DNA of 64,000 nucleotides, taken from Bacteroidota bacterium. Lineage in GTDB: Bacteria; Bacteroidota; Rhodothermia; Rhodothermales; Rubricoccaceae. The position numbers and the translations under genes were made by a program. Where the stretch lies: NCBI GenBank assembly GCA_022561755.1, contig JADFQN010000001.1:747-64746 (forward strand), read 5' to 3'. The notes under the pieces are model-generated. The model had not been told where the DNA came from. It worked only from the letters and a program-made list of their open reading frames with translations, and made no database searches. This document shows positions 1 through 10,200 of the stretch, piece by piece (the stretch's first letter is position 1; each line of letters starts with the position of its first letter).

Positions 1-1395
1 AAGCGCCGCAGCAACACCTGGCTCACTAGCCGCAAGCGGGCGGATGGCGCGCGAACCGTAACGAACCGTCCGTGCCGCATAGCGCGTGCTGTTGCGGGCC
101 GTGGCCGGGGCGAACCGGGCCAGGTCGTCGGCATGCATGTTCTGGTAACCCGATGGAATCCGTAGCATCCAGGGGTCGCGCTGGGTAGGTACGCGGCTGC
201 GGCGGATGGATGGATTCAGTGCGCGGATCGCCTCGGTGTCGATATCGAGCACACGGGCAATGGCACTCAAAGAGGTGCCGCCTTCTACTGGAATCTGGTC
301 GAAAACGTACCGCGACCCTTGCTCGCCGACGGGCAGGCCATAGGCCGTTGGGTTCGACACCACGAGCGACGTAGCAATGAACATCGGCACGTAGTTCCGG
401 GTCTCGCGCGGAATGTTATTGTAGATGTCCCAGAACGTCGCGCGGCGGCCGGTACGGTCCTGTGCGCGGCGAACGGCTCGGGCGATGACGGCCGGGTTGC
501 AATTGTAACCCGCCAGGGCGAGGTGCCAATCACCGAAACGTTCGTAGAGGTCGCGAAGGTGCCGGGCCGCAGCACGCGTGGCCTTTTCCGGGTTCAGGCG
601 GTCGTCTACCTCGCGCGTAACGCGCAGGCCATAAGCGCGGCCCGTGGCCGGGATAAACTGCCACATGCCTGCGGCGCCGGCGTGGCTGCGCGCCCTCGGA
701 TTCAGCGCGCTTTCTACCATCGCGAGGTACTTCAACTCATCGGGCACGCCCTCCTCCGCTAGAATCTGCTCCACCATCGGGAAGTACGTGTCGGCGCGGG
801 TTTGGAGGCGCGAGACATGGCTCGGAGAGCGCTTCAGGTAGTTCACGCTGCGCTCCACCAGGCGATTGAGATCCATCGGGATGGTGGCCGCAAAGTTGCC
901 AACTGGGACATCCGGAAGATCCACGTCTTCGATCAGCGGCCCATCAACGGCGTGCATTTCTGCGAACGCGCGTTCGAGGAACGGAAAAATCTCGCCTCGA
1001 TCGAGAACCGATTCGTCATAGAACTGCTCGTGCTCCGTCAGAATAGAACTGTACACCTCCCGGAAACGAGGGTTCTGGATCACATCGGACTGTTCCGACA
1101 ACAACTGGACGTCTCGGACGAGATCGTCCAGAATGGCCTCGTATTGTGAGATGTCTCCGGAGGCTTCTGCTTCAAGAAGCTCAGCCTGGCGGGCATAAAG
1201 GTGGGCAATACGGCGGGCCAGTTGTTCGCTTGTCGGCGAGTCGGTCGCGACGGCATCGAGGGCGGGAGCATTTGCCTGCGAAGGGAGTGTTTCCGCTGGG
1301 CGGCTCTCGAGCGCGGCGTCTGTCGAGGCGGACTGGGCCAGTACTGGGGTGACGACGAACAAGGAGGCCAGCGCCGCGGTCAGGGCGCGTGGCAT
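1..1395 (-). CDS. Lytic murein transglycosylase, MltD-like (SLT domain plus LysM-like C-terminal segment); 3' end runs off the window
   Basis: Absent from the ORF track because there is no stop inside the window. My translation from the ATG at complement 1395-1393 stays open to position 1. It gives a signal peptide MPRALTAALASLFVVTPVLAQ, the SLT motif LAMVESALNPRARSHAGAAGMWQFIP and a LysM-like segment GGTSLSAIARVLDIDTEAIRALNP. Confidence 0.8.
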   Translation of the reverse strand, partial: MPRALTAALASLFVVTPVLAQSASTDAALESRPAETLPSQANAPALDAVATDSPTSEQLARRIAHLYARQAELLEAEASGDISQYEAILDDLVRDVQLLSEQSDVIQNPRFREVYSSILTEHEQFYDESVLDRGEIFPFLERAFAEMHAVDGPLIEDVDLPDVPVGNFAATIPMDLNRLVERSVNYLKRSPSHVSRLQTRADTYFPMVEQILAEEGVPDELKYLAMVESALNPRARSHAGAAGMWQFIPATGRAYGLRVTREVDDRLNPEKATRAAARHLRDLYERFGDWHLALAGYNCNPAVIARAVRRAQDRTGRRATFWDIYNNIPRETRNYVPMFIATSLVVSNPTAYGLPVGEQGSRYVFDQIPVEGGTSLSAIARVLDIDTEAIRALNPSIRRSRVPTQRDPWMLRIPSGYQNMHADDLARFAPATARNSTRYAARTVRYGSRAIRPLAASEPGVAAAL

Positions 1396-1548
1396 CGGGT
1401 AAGCAGTGGGTTGGTGAGGGATAAAGAACGGGGCCTAAACTATTACTTGAGGCCAGCGTGTCCAAACGCAAGACAAGGTTTTTGTAAAGCGGGCCGGCAG
1501 CTACGGCAAAATCGTCCCCATTGCGCCCTCATCTCCACTTTTAGTGGG

Positions 1549-3126
1549 CTAAAGCGGAATATTTCCGTGCTTTTTCCGGGGGTTTGTAGCGACTTTGTTC
1601 TGGAGCATCTCTAGCCCGCGAATCAAAACACGGCGCGTTTCGGAAGGCTTGATCACGTCGTCGATGTAGCCTAGTTCGGCCGCGACGTACGGATTGGCGA
1701 AGCGCTCGCGGTACTGTTCGATGAAGCCCCGCTTGGCGGCTTCCGGGTCGTCGGCCTCGGCGATCTGGCGTTTGTAGATGATCTCCACCGCCCCCTTCGG
1801 CCCCATCACGGCAATCTCGGCCGTCGGCCAGGCCAGGTTCAAATCGCCGCGGATGTGCTTCGAGCTCATCACGTCGTAGGCGCCGCCGTACGCCTTCCGG
1901 GTGATGACCGTCATCTTGGGCACGGTGGCCTCGCAGAAGGCATAGAGGAGCTTCGCGCCGTGCCGAATAATGCCGCGCCACTCCTGGTCGGTGCCGGGGA
2001 GGAAGCCAGGAACGTCCTCAAAAACAATCACTGGAATGTTGAATGCGTCGCAGAAACGAACAAAGCGCGCGCCTTTAACGCTCGCGTCGATATCGAGCAC
2101 ACCCGCGAGCACGGAGGGTTGATTGGCCACAATGCCCACGCTCCTCCCCCCGAGTCGGGCAAACCCCACCACGATGTTCGCGGCGAAATCCGGGTGGATC
2201 TTGAAGAACGCGCCGCCGTCCACCACCCGCTCGATCACGTCGTGCATGTCGTACGGCTTGTTCGGGTTTTCGGGGACGATCGTATCGAGCTCGGCGTCGG
2301 CACGATCCGCGGGGTCGTCGGTAGGAACGATGGGTACGGGATCCTCACAGTTGGACGGGAGGTAGCTGAGGAGCTCGCGGATCTTCAGGAGGCAGTCGGC
2401 TTCGTTGGCCGTGGCGAGGTGCGCCACGCCCGATTGGGAGGCGTGCGTGTCGGCGCCGCCGAGTTCTTCTTGCGTAACCACCTCGTTCGTGACCGTCTTC
2501 ACCACGTTCGGCCCGGTCACAAACATGTAGCTCGTGTTCTTGACCATGAACACGAAGTCGGTGATGGCGGGAGAATAAACGGCCCCGCCCGCGCACGGCC
2601 CCATGATGGCCGATATCTGAGGCACCACGCCGCTGGCTAGCGTGTTCTGCAAGAAGATGTCGGCATAGCCCCCGAGGCTCGCGACACCCTCCTGAATGCG
2701 CGCCCCGCCGGAGTCGTTCAAACCGATGATGGGCGCGCCGTTCTCCAACGACAGCTTCATCACCTTGACAATCTTTTCGGCGTGAGCAAGGCCCAGCGAA
2801 CCCCCAAACACGGTGAAGTCCTGCGAGAAGACATAGACGAGCCTCCCACCGATCGTCCCGAAACCCGTCACCACGCCATCGCCGTAAGGGCGGTTGCTTT
2901 CGAGGCCAAAGTCCTTCACCTGGTGGCGTACGAACGTGCCTAGCTCCTGAAACGAGCCCCTGTCGAGCAGCAGATCGAGCCGCTCGCGAGCCGTCAGTTT
3001 CCCCTTCTCGTGCTGCCTTGCAATGCGGGCCTCGCCACCGCCCAGTTGCGCTTCGGCGCGGCGATGGTTTAAAACTTCGATGGGACTGGATGCGGACGTG
3101 TCGTTCTCTGTAGCCGATGTGCTCAT
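1549..3126 (-). CDS. Acyl-CoA carboxylase carboxyltransferase (beta) subunit, propionyl-CoA / methylmalonyl-CoA carboxyltransferase family
   Basis: 525-aa ORF with carboxyltransferase family segments [24 protein letters not shown] and [15 protein letters not shown]. The antisense ORFs here are GC-rich shadows. Confidence 0.9.
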   Translation of the reverse strand: MSTSATENDTSASSPIEVLNHRRAEAQLGGGEARIARQHEKGKLTARERLDLLLDRGSFQELGTFVRHQVKDFGLESNRPYGDGVVTGFGTIGGRLVYVFSQDFTVFGGSLGLAHAEKIVKVMKLSLENGAPIIGLNDSGGARIQEGVASLGGYADIFLQNTLASGVVPQISAIMGPCAGGAVYSPAITDFVFMVKNTSYMFVTGPNVVKTVTNEVVTQEELGGADTHASQSGVAHLATANEADCLLKIRELLSYLPSNCEDPVPIVPTDDPADRADAELDTIVPENPNKPYDMHDVIERVVDGGAFFKIHPDFAANIVVGFARLGGRSVGIVANQPSVLAGVLDIDASVKGARFVRFCDAFNIPVIVFEDVPGFLPGTDQEWRGIIRHGAKLLYAFCEATVPKMTVITRKAYGGAYDVMSSKHIRGDLNLAWPTAEIAVMGPKGAVEIIYKRQIAEADDPEAAKRGFIEQYRERFANPYVAAELGYIDDVIKPSETRRVLIRGLEMLQNKVATNPRKKHGNIPL

Positions 3127-3329
3127 TGGAGGCGGTGATAACGAGTCGTTTCTATTCAGGGGGGTTCTTTTCTTGCCTGGAGAACTCCCCGGAAACTACC
3201 CATCACGACATGCGAACGACGAGCTACGCCCCCTTCAAGAGCCGGTCATATTCGTGGTGCGGGCCAATCCAAAAACACAGATACCCACCCTCTTCTACTG
3301 TTGCCAAGGCTTTCCGTCGAGGCCAAGCA

Positions 3330-4724
3330 CTACCCCGAGAACCGCTCCTCCACCGCGTCCGTAAAGGCTACGATGGCGTCGCTGTAGATTTCGACCTTGT
3401 TGGCCTGGTAGGCTTCTTTCAAAATGGGCCAGGCTTCGTCCCAGTTTCCGGCGCGGTCGAGGTCTAGCAGGATGGCCCGGTAGGCGGCCTCCGAACCTCC
3501 GGTTAACTGCCTGGCATACCAATCTCTGCGTTCCGTTGCGGAGGGGCCGAGAACGCGTGTTTCGAGATTGCGGAGGGATTCTGGATAAACCTCCGGTTTG
3601 CGTTTGGCCCTATCGCGGTTGTCGGAAGAGGTATCCGTGGCCTTTGTGCCCTTTTGTTTTTTCGAGTCGGCAAGGCGTTGCCAGAGCTGTTCTTCACCCG
3701 CTGTCTCTTCGACGCCACCCTCGTCATCCTCAACCGGTTCCGGTTCTTCGTCTTGCGTCACTTCAACATCTGTCTCTTCAATGATATTGGCTTCATCTAC
3801 GTCGTTCCCGGTTGCATCAGGAAGAGGCGCCGTCAGAGGAGCTTTTGCTTCCTTCCCACGAGCGAGGCGCTGCCAGAGTGGCTCGGCGCCATCGTCCTCC
3901 ATGATCTCAGGGGCGGATTCTTCCCCGTCCGCCAGCTCTGATCTGGAGTCTTTCCCAGCTTCTTCCATGGCCTCCTCTTCGGCAGGATGAGCGGATTCTG
4001 CTGCGCGGGTCAACACCCCACGCAATCCCTCCCGATCGTAGGCCTTGGAACTGTCCACTCCGGAAGCAACTTCATTGAGGCCTTTGGCCTCGAAAAACTG
4101 CTTGAGAAGCCCCGACGGAACACCGGTTTCGTAATTCGGGATCGCGCCGATCAATTCAAAAAGTGGTTCCAGTAGCGTCATCCAGTCGGACGCACCGAAG
4201 CCGGCCACCATACGCCTGTCGATGCGGCGCAGGAGTTTCTCGAGATCACTCCGGCCGATGCCGTCGAGCGCCTTGCGCTGTACGTAGCCTTCGGCGACCT
4301 CGCGGAAGTACGGGTAAGACGAAAAAGCCGCCATCCGTTCCTGCAAAGCATCCAATTCCAGCACCGCCGAGGCATCGGTGTATGCAAACGAAACGATGGT
4401 TTCCACGGGCTCGACGAGGTAGTTCAGCACCTGCCTCGAGGCCGTCCGCACCGCCTTTGTCCACGCCCCGGCCGGGAACTGAGCGGCTTCTCGGGCTGCC
4501 GTTTTCCAAACCTTGCCTGCCGTCTGAACCAGTTCGTGGTTTGCGTCGAGCCAGGGGGATTGCGGAGCGGCTACTTTCTGGTCGACCCGTCGGTCGAGCA
4601 CGCTGCCGAGGTAGTGCGCCACAGTCCGCGGCAACACGTCCAGATCGCCCCGAGGATGAGGGCGGCCCGCAGGCAGGAGAGTCAACAGATGGGTGGAGAG
4701 AGCCTCGGCGGTGGCGTCTAGCAT
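3330..4724 (-). CDS. Hypothetical protein with a central acidic low-complexity region and a duplicated LWQRLA-x-K-x-K motif
   Basis: The ORF-track frame 3330..5243 is trimmed to the in-frame ATG at 4724 (MLDATAEALSTHLL...). The sequence upstream of that in this frame is Arg/Ser/Thr-rich and overlaps the ArsR-like frame. No family recognised. Confidence 0.55.
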   Translation of the reverse strand: MLDATAEALSTHLLTLLPAGRPHPRGDLDVLPRTVAHYLGSVLDRRVDQKVAAPQSPWLDANHELVQTAGKVWKTAAREAAQFPAGAWTKAVRTASRQVLNYLVEPVETIVSFAYTDASAVLELDALQERMAAFSSYPYFREVAEGYVQRKALDGIGRSDLEKLLRRIDRRMVAGFGASDWMTLLEPLFELIGAIPNYETGVPSGLLKQFFEAKGLNEVASGVDSSKAYDREGLRGVLTRAAESAHPAEEEAMEEAGKDSRSELADGEESAPEIMEDDGAEPLWQRLARGKEAKAPLTAPLPDATGNDVDEANIIEETDVEVTQDEEPEPVEDDEGGVEETAGEEQLWQRLADSKKQKGTKATDTSSDNRDRAKRKPEVYPESLRNLETRVLGPSATERRDWYARQLTGGSEAAYRAILLDLDRAGNWDEAWPILKEAYQANKVEIYSDAIVAFTDAVEERFSG

Positions 4725-4842
4725 GGCACGCGGGGACGGTCGCGAATGATTCGGCAAAGTAACGACGTGCGAAGCTTTGCAGTGTTTCTTGCTTCCTGTG
4801 TGGGACTCACTTCGAGCTATCGACCCAAGGCCTGCTATCAGT

Positions 4843-5106
4843 TCAGTTCGGCCCACTCTCGTCGTTTTGGCAGAGCCGGCCGCAAGCCAGCAGGCCCAGG
4901 CTGGGCACGCTGGGGTCCGTGACTCGGTAGTACGCGAACGCCCCTTCGTGACGGCAACCGACGAGGCCACCGTGGGCCAGAGTGCGGAGGTGCTTGGAGG
5001 TGTTCTGGTGGCTCTGGGCCGCGGCCTCTGCGAGTTATTGTACGGTCGCTTCGCCACGCCCGAGCAGCGTGTTGAGGATGTGAAGCCGCAATGAATCCCC
5101 AAGCAA
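4843..5106 (-). pseudogene. ArsR/SmtB-family HTH regulator (BigR-like context) interrupted by an in-frame TAA
   Basis: My translation of the third minus frame gives (L)LGDSLRLHILNTLLGRGEATVQ*LAEAAAQSHQNTSKHLRTLAHGGLVGCRHEGAFAYYRVTDP...GPN*. The TAA at complement 5037-5035 sits where the family usually has Glu (..ELAE..). No ATG is available; a possible TTG start lies at 5106. The gene is divergent from the YeeE genes. Confidence 0.6.
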
Positions 5107-5133
5107 GTTGTATTCTTCCCATCACAACCTGAC

Positions 5134-5715
5134 ATGACAATCACTATGGACCCTGTTCTACCATGGCCCTGGTATATCGCCGGACCCCTCATCGGCCTGA
5201 TCGTTCTTGCCCTTCTCTTGTTCGGAGGTAAGGTGTTTGGCATTTCTGCGAACCTTCGCCATGCCTGCGCAGCCCTCCCCGTACCTGAATCAATGAAACC
5301 CGGTTTTCTGCGTTACGACTGGCGCAGGACCAGCCTCTGGAACCTCGCATTCGATGCCGGTATCGCTGCCGGAGGATTCATCTGTATTCGCCTCCTCTCG
5401 AATCCGGCAGCCCCCCTGTCTTTGACCCAAGACACCGTCGCCACCCTCCAGCCCCTCGGTTTAACCAACCTTACAAGCTTCCTCCCGTCGCAACTCATCT
5501 CGTGGAGCGCGCTCGCTACGCCCGCCGGTGCGCTGATCATCATTGGCGACGGCTTCCTCGTCGGCTTCGGCGCACGGTGGGCAGGCGGCTGCACGAGTGG
5601 TCACGTGATCTCCGGCCTTGCCAACCTCCAATTCTCCTCGCTCGTTGCCGTGGTTGGCTTCTTCATCGGCGGTCTTTTCATGACGCATTTCATCCTTCCA
5701 CTCGTGCTCGGATAG
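5134..5715 (+). CDS. YeeE/YedE family sulfur-compound transporter subunit
   Basis: 193-aa multi-TM ORF with the characteristic GARWAGGCTSGHVISGLANLQ motif. Confidence 0.85.
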   Translation: MTITMDPVLPWPWYIAGPLIGLIVLALLLFGGKVFGISANLRHACAALPVPESMKPGFLRYDWRRTSLWNLAFDAGIAAGGFICIRLLSNPAAPLSLTQDTVATLQPLGLTNLTSFLPSQLISWSALATPAGALIIIGDGFLVGFGARWAGGCTSGHVISGLANLQFSSLVAVVGFFIGGLFMTHFILPLVLG

Positions 5716-5724
5716 CCAGGAATC

Positions 5725-6135
5725 ATGCACTATGATACTCTTTCCCTGTCCGACCATGGCGGCGGCGCGCCCGCCGAATGCCTCGATACCGAGCAGGTCG
5801 TTCCCGGGTTCGGTGGGAAGGCACTAGCCGAGGGCAACGTTCCGCTCGCCCTCCTCACCTACGCCCTCATTGGCGTCTACGTCGGCGTCGTCTTCACCAA
5901 GAGCCAGGTGATCTCGTGATTCAGGATCTACAAGATGTTTCGGTTCGATTCCTTCCATATGTACGGCATCATTGGAAGCGCCGTGGCGGTAGCCGCTCTC
6001 TGGATCTGGATCATCAAGAAGCTAAACCTGACCACCGTCCGCGGCGAGCCCATCCGCTTGAGTCCGAAAGTGTGGGGCGATTCCCGCATCCTCGGCGCTT
6101 GCCCCGGCCCGCTCTTCGCCCTCATCGGCGGAGGA
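5725..6135 (+). pseudogene. Second YeeE/YedE-like (DUF6691-type) transporter subunit with an in-frame TGA and a truncated 3' end
   Basis: ORFs 5725..5919 and 5935..6255 share one frame. The read-through is ...[38 protein letters not shown]...GACPGPLFALIGGGI. The TGA at 5917-5919 replaces the Trp of the remembered family motif ISW(F/Y)RI.EMF.FQSFHMYG. Homology stops after GGGI (about 6135), roughly 30 aa short of the usual C-terminus. Confidence 0.65.
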
Positions 6136-6172
6136 ATTCGGAAACAAGGCTTCCGACGGCGAGGCGCTTCTC

Positions 6173-6766
6173 GTGGCTACCCGGCTCGACCGCTCCGCCT
6201 TCATGGCCAGGCACGTCCCTGGTGCGCTCTACGCCCCGATGAACAAGACTTTTAACACGGTTGTCGGCTCTCTCGTCACCGATGAGACCATGCCGTTTGT
6301 ACTGATCATCGACGAGGAACATGTAGAAGAAGCTCTGCTCGACCTCGTCCGCATCGGCTACGACAACATCGTTGGGTTTGTCACACCGGAAGGTCTCGAG
6401 CACTACTTCGAGGCCGGTGGTGCATGCGCCACCATCGAGGAAATCACGTTCGAGGACGTGGCGCGGATGAAGGACGACGAAAACGTGAAAGTTCTGGATG
6501 CGCGCTTTGCCCGCGAATATGCAGAGGCGCACGTGCCGGGCGCCGTCAACGCCTCGTACACCCGCCTCCCGGACTACTTCGAGGAACGTGTTCCGAAGGA
6601 CAAGACGCTGCTGGTGCACTGCGCTTCGGGCGCACGCGCGGCAGCGGCTAGTGCCTTCCTTGCCCGCAACGGTTACGAGGTTAAGTACGTCAACGACGCG
6701 TTTGCTGCCTATGCCGAGAAGTACGAGGTCGAAATGGATAAGTCCGCCCTTGCTGAGGTCGCCTGA
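6173..6766 (+). CDS. Tandem rhodanese-domain sulfurtransferase, probably the 3' remnant of an MBL-fold persulfide dioxygenase-rhodanese fusion
   Basis: The second domain has the active-site loop LLVHCASGARAAAAS. The same frame is open from 6062 and reads ..SAEEFGNKASDGEALLVATRLDRSAFMARHVPGAL, the start of a rhodanese domain. The first start codon is a GTG at 6173, inside that domain. No MBL domain is present. Confidence 0.7.
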   Translation: MATRLDRSAFMARHVPGALYAPMNKTFNTVVGSLVTDETMPFVLIIDEEHVEEALLDLVRIGYDNIVGFVTPEGLEHYFEAGGACATIEEITFEDVARMKDDENVKVLDARFAREYAEAHVPGAVNASYTRLPDYFEERVPKDKTLLVHCASGARAAAASAFLARNGYEVKYVNDAFAAYAEKYEVEMDKSALAEVA

Positions 6767-6794
6767 TTCAACGGGAAGCCTGGTCCCTGGTCTC

Positions 6795-7298
6795 GTGCTC
6801 CTAGCCCGTTTGCTCGGGCTGCTTGAACACCTCTCTGACGATGGTATGATGGACAGCCTGGAGGCTGCCCTCGACATGGCCCAGCAGGCGCCTGGTATGG
6901 CCTCGATGATTGTCGACATGGTGGACGAGCAGGCGCAGCACCTCCAGGACGAAGAGATCGACATTGAGGCTGGGCTCACACACGGCCTGCGTGCAGCGCT
7001 TCGGCTCGGCGCCCTCATCGGGCCACGCGAGCTCGATACGCTGCATACGCTGCTCACCTACGAAGCACTCGACCCTGAGGCGATTGCGGTTGTGAGTGAG
7101 GCCGCCTCTGCCCTCCACGCCGCCCACATGGAGTCGCCGCAGAAGATTGGCCTCTGCAGCCTGACACGTTACGCCAGCAATCAACGCATGGCGCCCTCAA
7201 AATCGGGCAGCGGACCTTGGGCCGAAAGCGCTACGCCGCCTCCGCCGTTTCCTCCTCGCGCACCACTTCGTCAAACTTCACCCCCACCAACCGGCTGA
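6795..7298 (+). CDS. DUF1641-like protein (tentative), C-terminus possibly frameshifted
   Basis: The frame of ORF 6498..7298, from a GTG at 6795, reads LLARLLGLLEHLSDDGMMDSLEAALDM...ESPQKIGLCSL. This resembles the KKIGLF.LLKAL.DPD core of DUF1641 as I remember it. The expected continuation (DTLRQQSTHGALKIGQRTLGRK) lies in another frame from about 7160. The ORF overlaps the smc 3' end convergently. Confidence 0.35.
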   Translation: MLLARLLGLLEHLSDDGMMDSLEAALDMAQQAPGMASMIVDMVDEQAQHLQDEEIDIEAGLTHGLRAALRLGALIGPRELDTLHTLLTYEALDPEAIAVVSEAASALHAAHMESPQKIGLCSLTRYASNQRMAPSKSGSGPWAESATPPPPFPPRAPLRQTSPPPTG

Positions 7299-10200
7299 TG
7301 CCGGGTTCGGGCATGGTGATACCGTACATCCGGTCGGCGGCTTCCATCGTCAGCTTGTTGTGGGTGACGAGGATAAACTGCGTGGACGTTGCGAACGAAC
7401 GGATCAGGTTCATAAACCGGTCGATGTTTGCATCATCCAGCGGTGCATCCACCTCATCGAGGATGCAGAACGGCGAGGGTTTGACGAGATAGATGGCGAA
7501 GAGCAGCGCGATGGCCGTGAGCGTTTTCTCGCCGCCGGATAGCTGGTTGATGGTGCTCGGCTTCTTGCCCTTCGGGCGGGCCTTCACCTCGATGGGCGCT
7601 TCAAGCGGATCGTCGCCGTCGAGGATGAGCGTGGCGGTAGCGTTTTCTCCGAACAGGTCGACGAAGAGGCGTTCGAAGGCCTCGCGAACCTGCTCGAACG
7701 TCGCGACGAAGCGCGCTGCCGCCGTCGCGTTTATTTCCTCGATGGTGTCGAGGAGCGTCTGTTCGGCTTCCTGCAAATCGGCGTGCTGCGCGCTAAGGAA
7801 CTCCAGCCGCTGCTGCTCTTCCTCGAAGCTCTCAAGCGCCAGCGCGTTCACCGCACCCAGGCTTCGGATACGGTCGCGGAGCGTGGGAATCTCGGCCCTG
7901 GCCGCGTCCGGATCGAACGGTGTTTCTTCTTCACCTGCTGCCTCAATCTGTGCGGCGGCCTCTTTGATGGTCGCGCCGTGTTCTCCCTCAAGCCGCTCGG
8001 CGATGGCCTCTTGCCGCGTGGCGATCTCCGTAAGGCGGAGGTCGACCGTGGTTTGGCGTTGGAGGGCCGCATCGCGGTTATGGCGAATATCGCGGAGCGT
8101 TTTCTCGGTGTCGGCGATGAGTGCGCGGCCCTCCAGGAGAGCCTGCTCGGCAGCCGTCACGTTTTGTTGGAGGGCGTCCGTGCCGGCACGCTCCTCGTCG
8201 AGGCGCGACGAAAGCGCCACCTTGGCGTGCTCGCCCTCGTCTATGGACTCCCGGAGGCGCTCGGATTCCTCCGAGCGCTGCTCGGCGCGCTGATCGAGGT
8301 CTGCAAACCCGTGCACGATGCGTTCCAGATCGCGCTGGAGGCCCTCGGCTTTGTTCTTCGCCTGAACGAGACCAAGCCGCGCCTCACCCCAGTTTTCGTT
8401 GGCTTCCCGGCTCTTCACATCCGCCTCGTCGAACATGGCTTCTGCTCGGGAGAGCACGTCTGCCGCCTCCCGAGACGTGGCCAGTTCCCCATCGGCGGCA
8501 GCTTCGAGGTCGTTAAGACTCGGTTCCTGCTCCCAAGTAGTCACCAGAGAATCCTGCCGTGCCACCAGCCGCTCCTGCAGCTCGGTGAGCCCTTGCTGCT
8601 CTACCGCAACGCGCGTGGCGGCAGCGCGGATTTCATCCCGAGCAGAGCGGGCCTGCTCCAGAGCATCTTCTGCCGCCGCTATTTCTACAGCCTCCAGAAC
8701 CGTCTTTGCTTGTGCAAGCGCGTTTTGCAACGTGCCGAGTTGTTGTTCGGCCTCTGCATGTGCCGCCCTCGCTCGTTCCAGACGTTCCTTTCTGCCAAGG
8801 CGCCCGGCCGTGGACCTCGCGTTTCCCTTTCCGCCCGAAACAAACCCTCGTGCTGTGGTCCACTCGCCGTCGCGCGTGACCAGCGTGGCCTCGGGGTATT
8901 CGTCGCGGAGGCGGCGGGCGTCGTCCAGCGTATTGAGGATGAACACGTTCTGCAGGAGTAGGCGCAGAAGCGGCTCGTACTTCGCGTCCGGCACGCGGGC
9001 GGCGCGAATCGCGGGCGTAGAGTCCGGCGGGATGCCGGAACGAACGCGGTGCGACTGCGCGGGCAACCGATCCAGGACGATAAACGTGGCGTGGCCTTGC
9101 TCCGCCACACGGAGGCGTGCAATGGCTTCGTTGGCTTCGTCTTCCGTGTCTACAACCAGGCAGTCGGTCCATTCGCCAAGGGCCGCGTCGAAGGCCAGGC
9201 GATCTTCCTCGTCACACCCAATGAGGTCGGCAACCGTAACGGCCTCCGTGGTCCACTCATCATGCTCGGCAAGGAACGCCAGGGCCGACCCGAGGCCATC
9301 ACCCTCGGCAACGAGGCTCTGCAGGAGGTCTATTTCGGCGGAAGCCGTATCGCGAGTGACGAGCACCCGCCGCGCGGCTTCCTCGGCAGCTTCCACGGCT
9401 CTGCGGCGAGTCTCGGCTTCGGCGCGCGTTTGGCTCAGCGCCTGCTCCGAGTCCGAAAGGGCTTCCTCGGCGGCGCTGAGACGCTCGGCAGCGGCGTGGT
9501 TGGCTTCCTGGCCTTCCCGGTCGCGTTCAGCCAAAGTGGCCAGTTCATCCGAGATTCGTTCCTGCTCCTGCTCTCCCATGGCCCGCCGATCACGGAACCG
9601 GTCCAGCGCGGCACGTGCGTCGGCGTAGGCTTTTGTCACCTCCACAGCATCCCGTCGAGCGTTCGCAAGAACCACGCGCGTGGCCTCCGCTTCTTCCGCA
9701 GCAGCGACGCGGGCGACGCGGGCTTCTGCCTCGGTGGACTCGGCGATTCCGAGAGCTTGCTGGGCCTCTTCAAGATGCCCCTGAATGGCCTCCTGCTCAC
9801 GCTTGAGTTCTGAACGGCGCGTGGCGTCCGCCTCGGCTTCGCGGCCGAGGCGCTCCAGCGCGCGCTGATCGGCGGCGCGGCGCTCCTCGCCGACGCGGAC
9901 TTCCGCTTCCAGGCGGCGCACAGTATCCACGTGGTCGTTCAGGGCCGTTTGGCAGGAGCTCAGTTCCTTCTCACGCGTCACCAGGGCCGCTCGTTGGGAT
10001 TCCAGCTCGGCCTCTCCGGCACTCACCTGTGCTGCAAGCCCCTCTGCCCGCACGCGGATGTGGCGCGTTTCGTGGTCGAGCGTTCGGTGCTCCTCGCCGA
10101 GCTGCTCGAAGTCCCACACTGCCAGCGCCAGTTCCAGTGTCTGGAGACGTTCTGAGATGTGCTGGTACCGCGACGCCTTCTGCGCCTGCCGCTGCAGCGA

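Noticed and set aside
3330-5243. The 637-aa ORF as a single gene. Similar 5' extensions appear in the track at 10959-12488, 12424-15198, 27146-28072, 34790-35944 and 49703-50842.
   Set aside because: The upstream parts are compositionally aberrant and overlap other features. Internal starts are followed by plausible signal peptides or conserved N-termini, so I trimmed the genes.
5917-5919. In-frame TGA (plus TAA at 5035-5037 and TAG at 32069-32071) as evidence for stop-codon reassignment or selenocysteine.
   Set aside because: TGA, TAA and TAG all terminate well-supported genes in this window (for example TGA for trxA and folC-type ends, TAA for the 1240-aa gene, TAG for the sigma factor and smc). 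No SECIS-like context was evident. Pseudogenisation or assembly error is more parsimonious.
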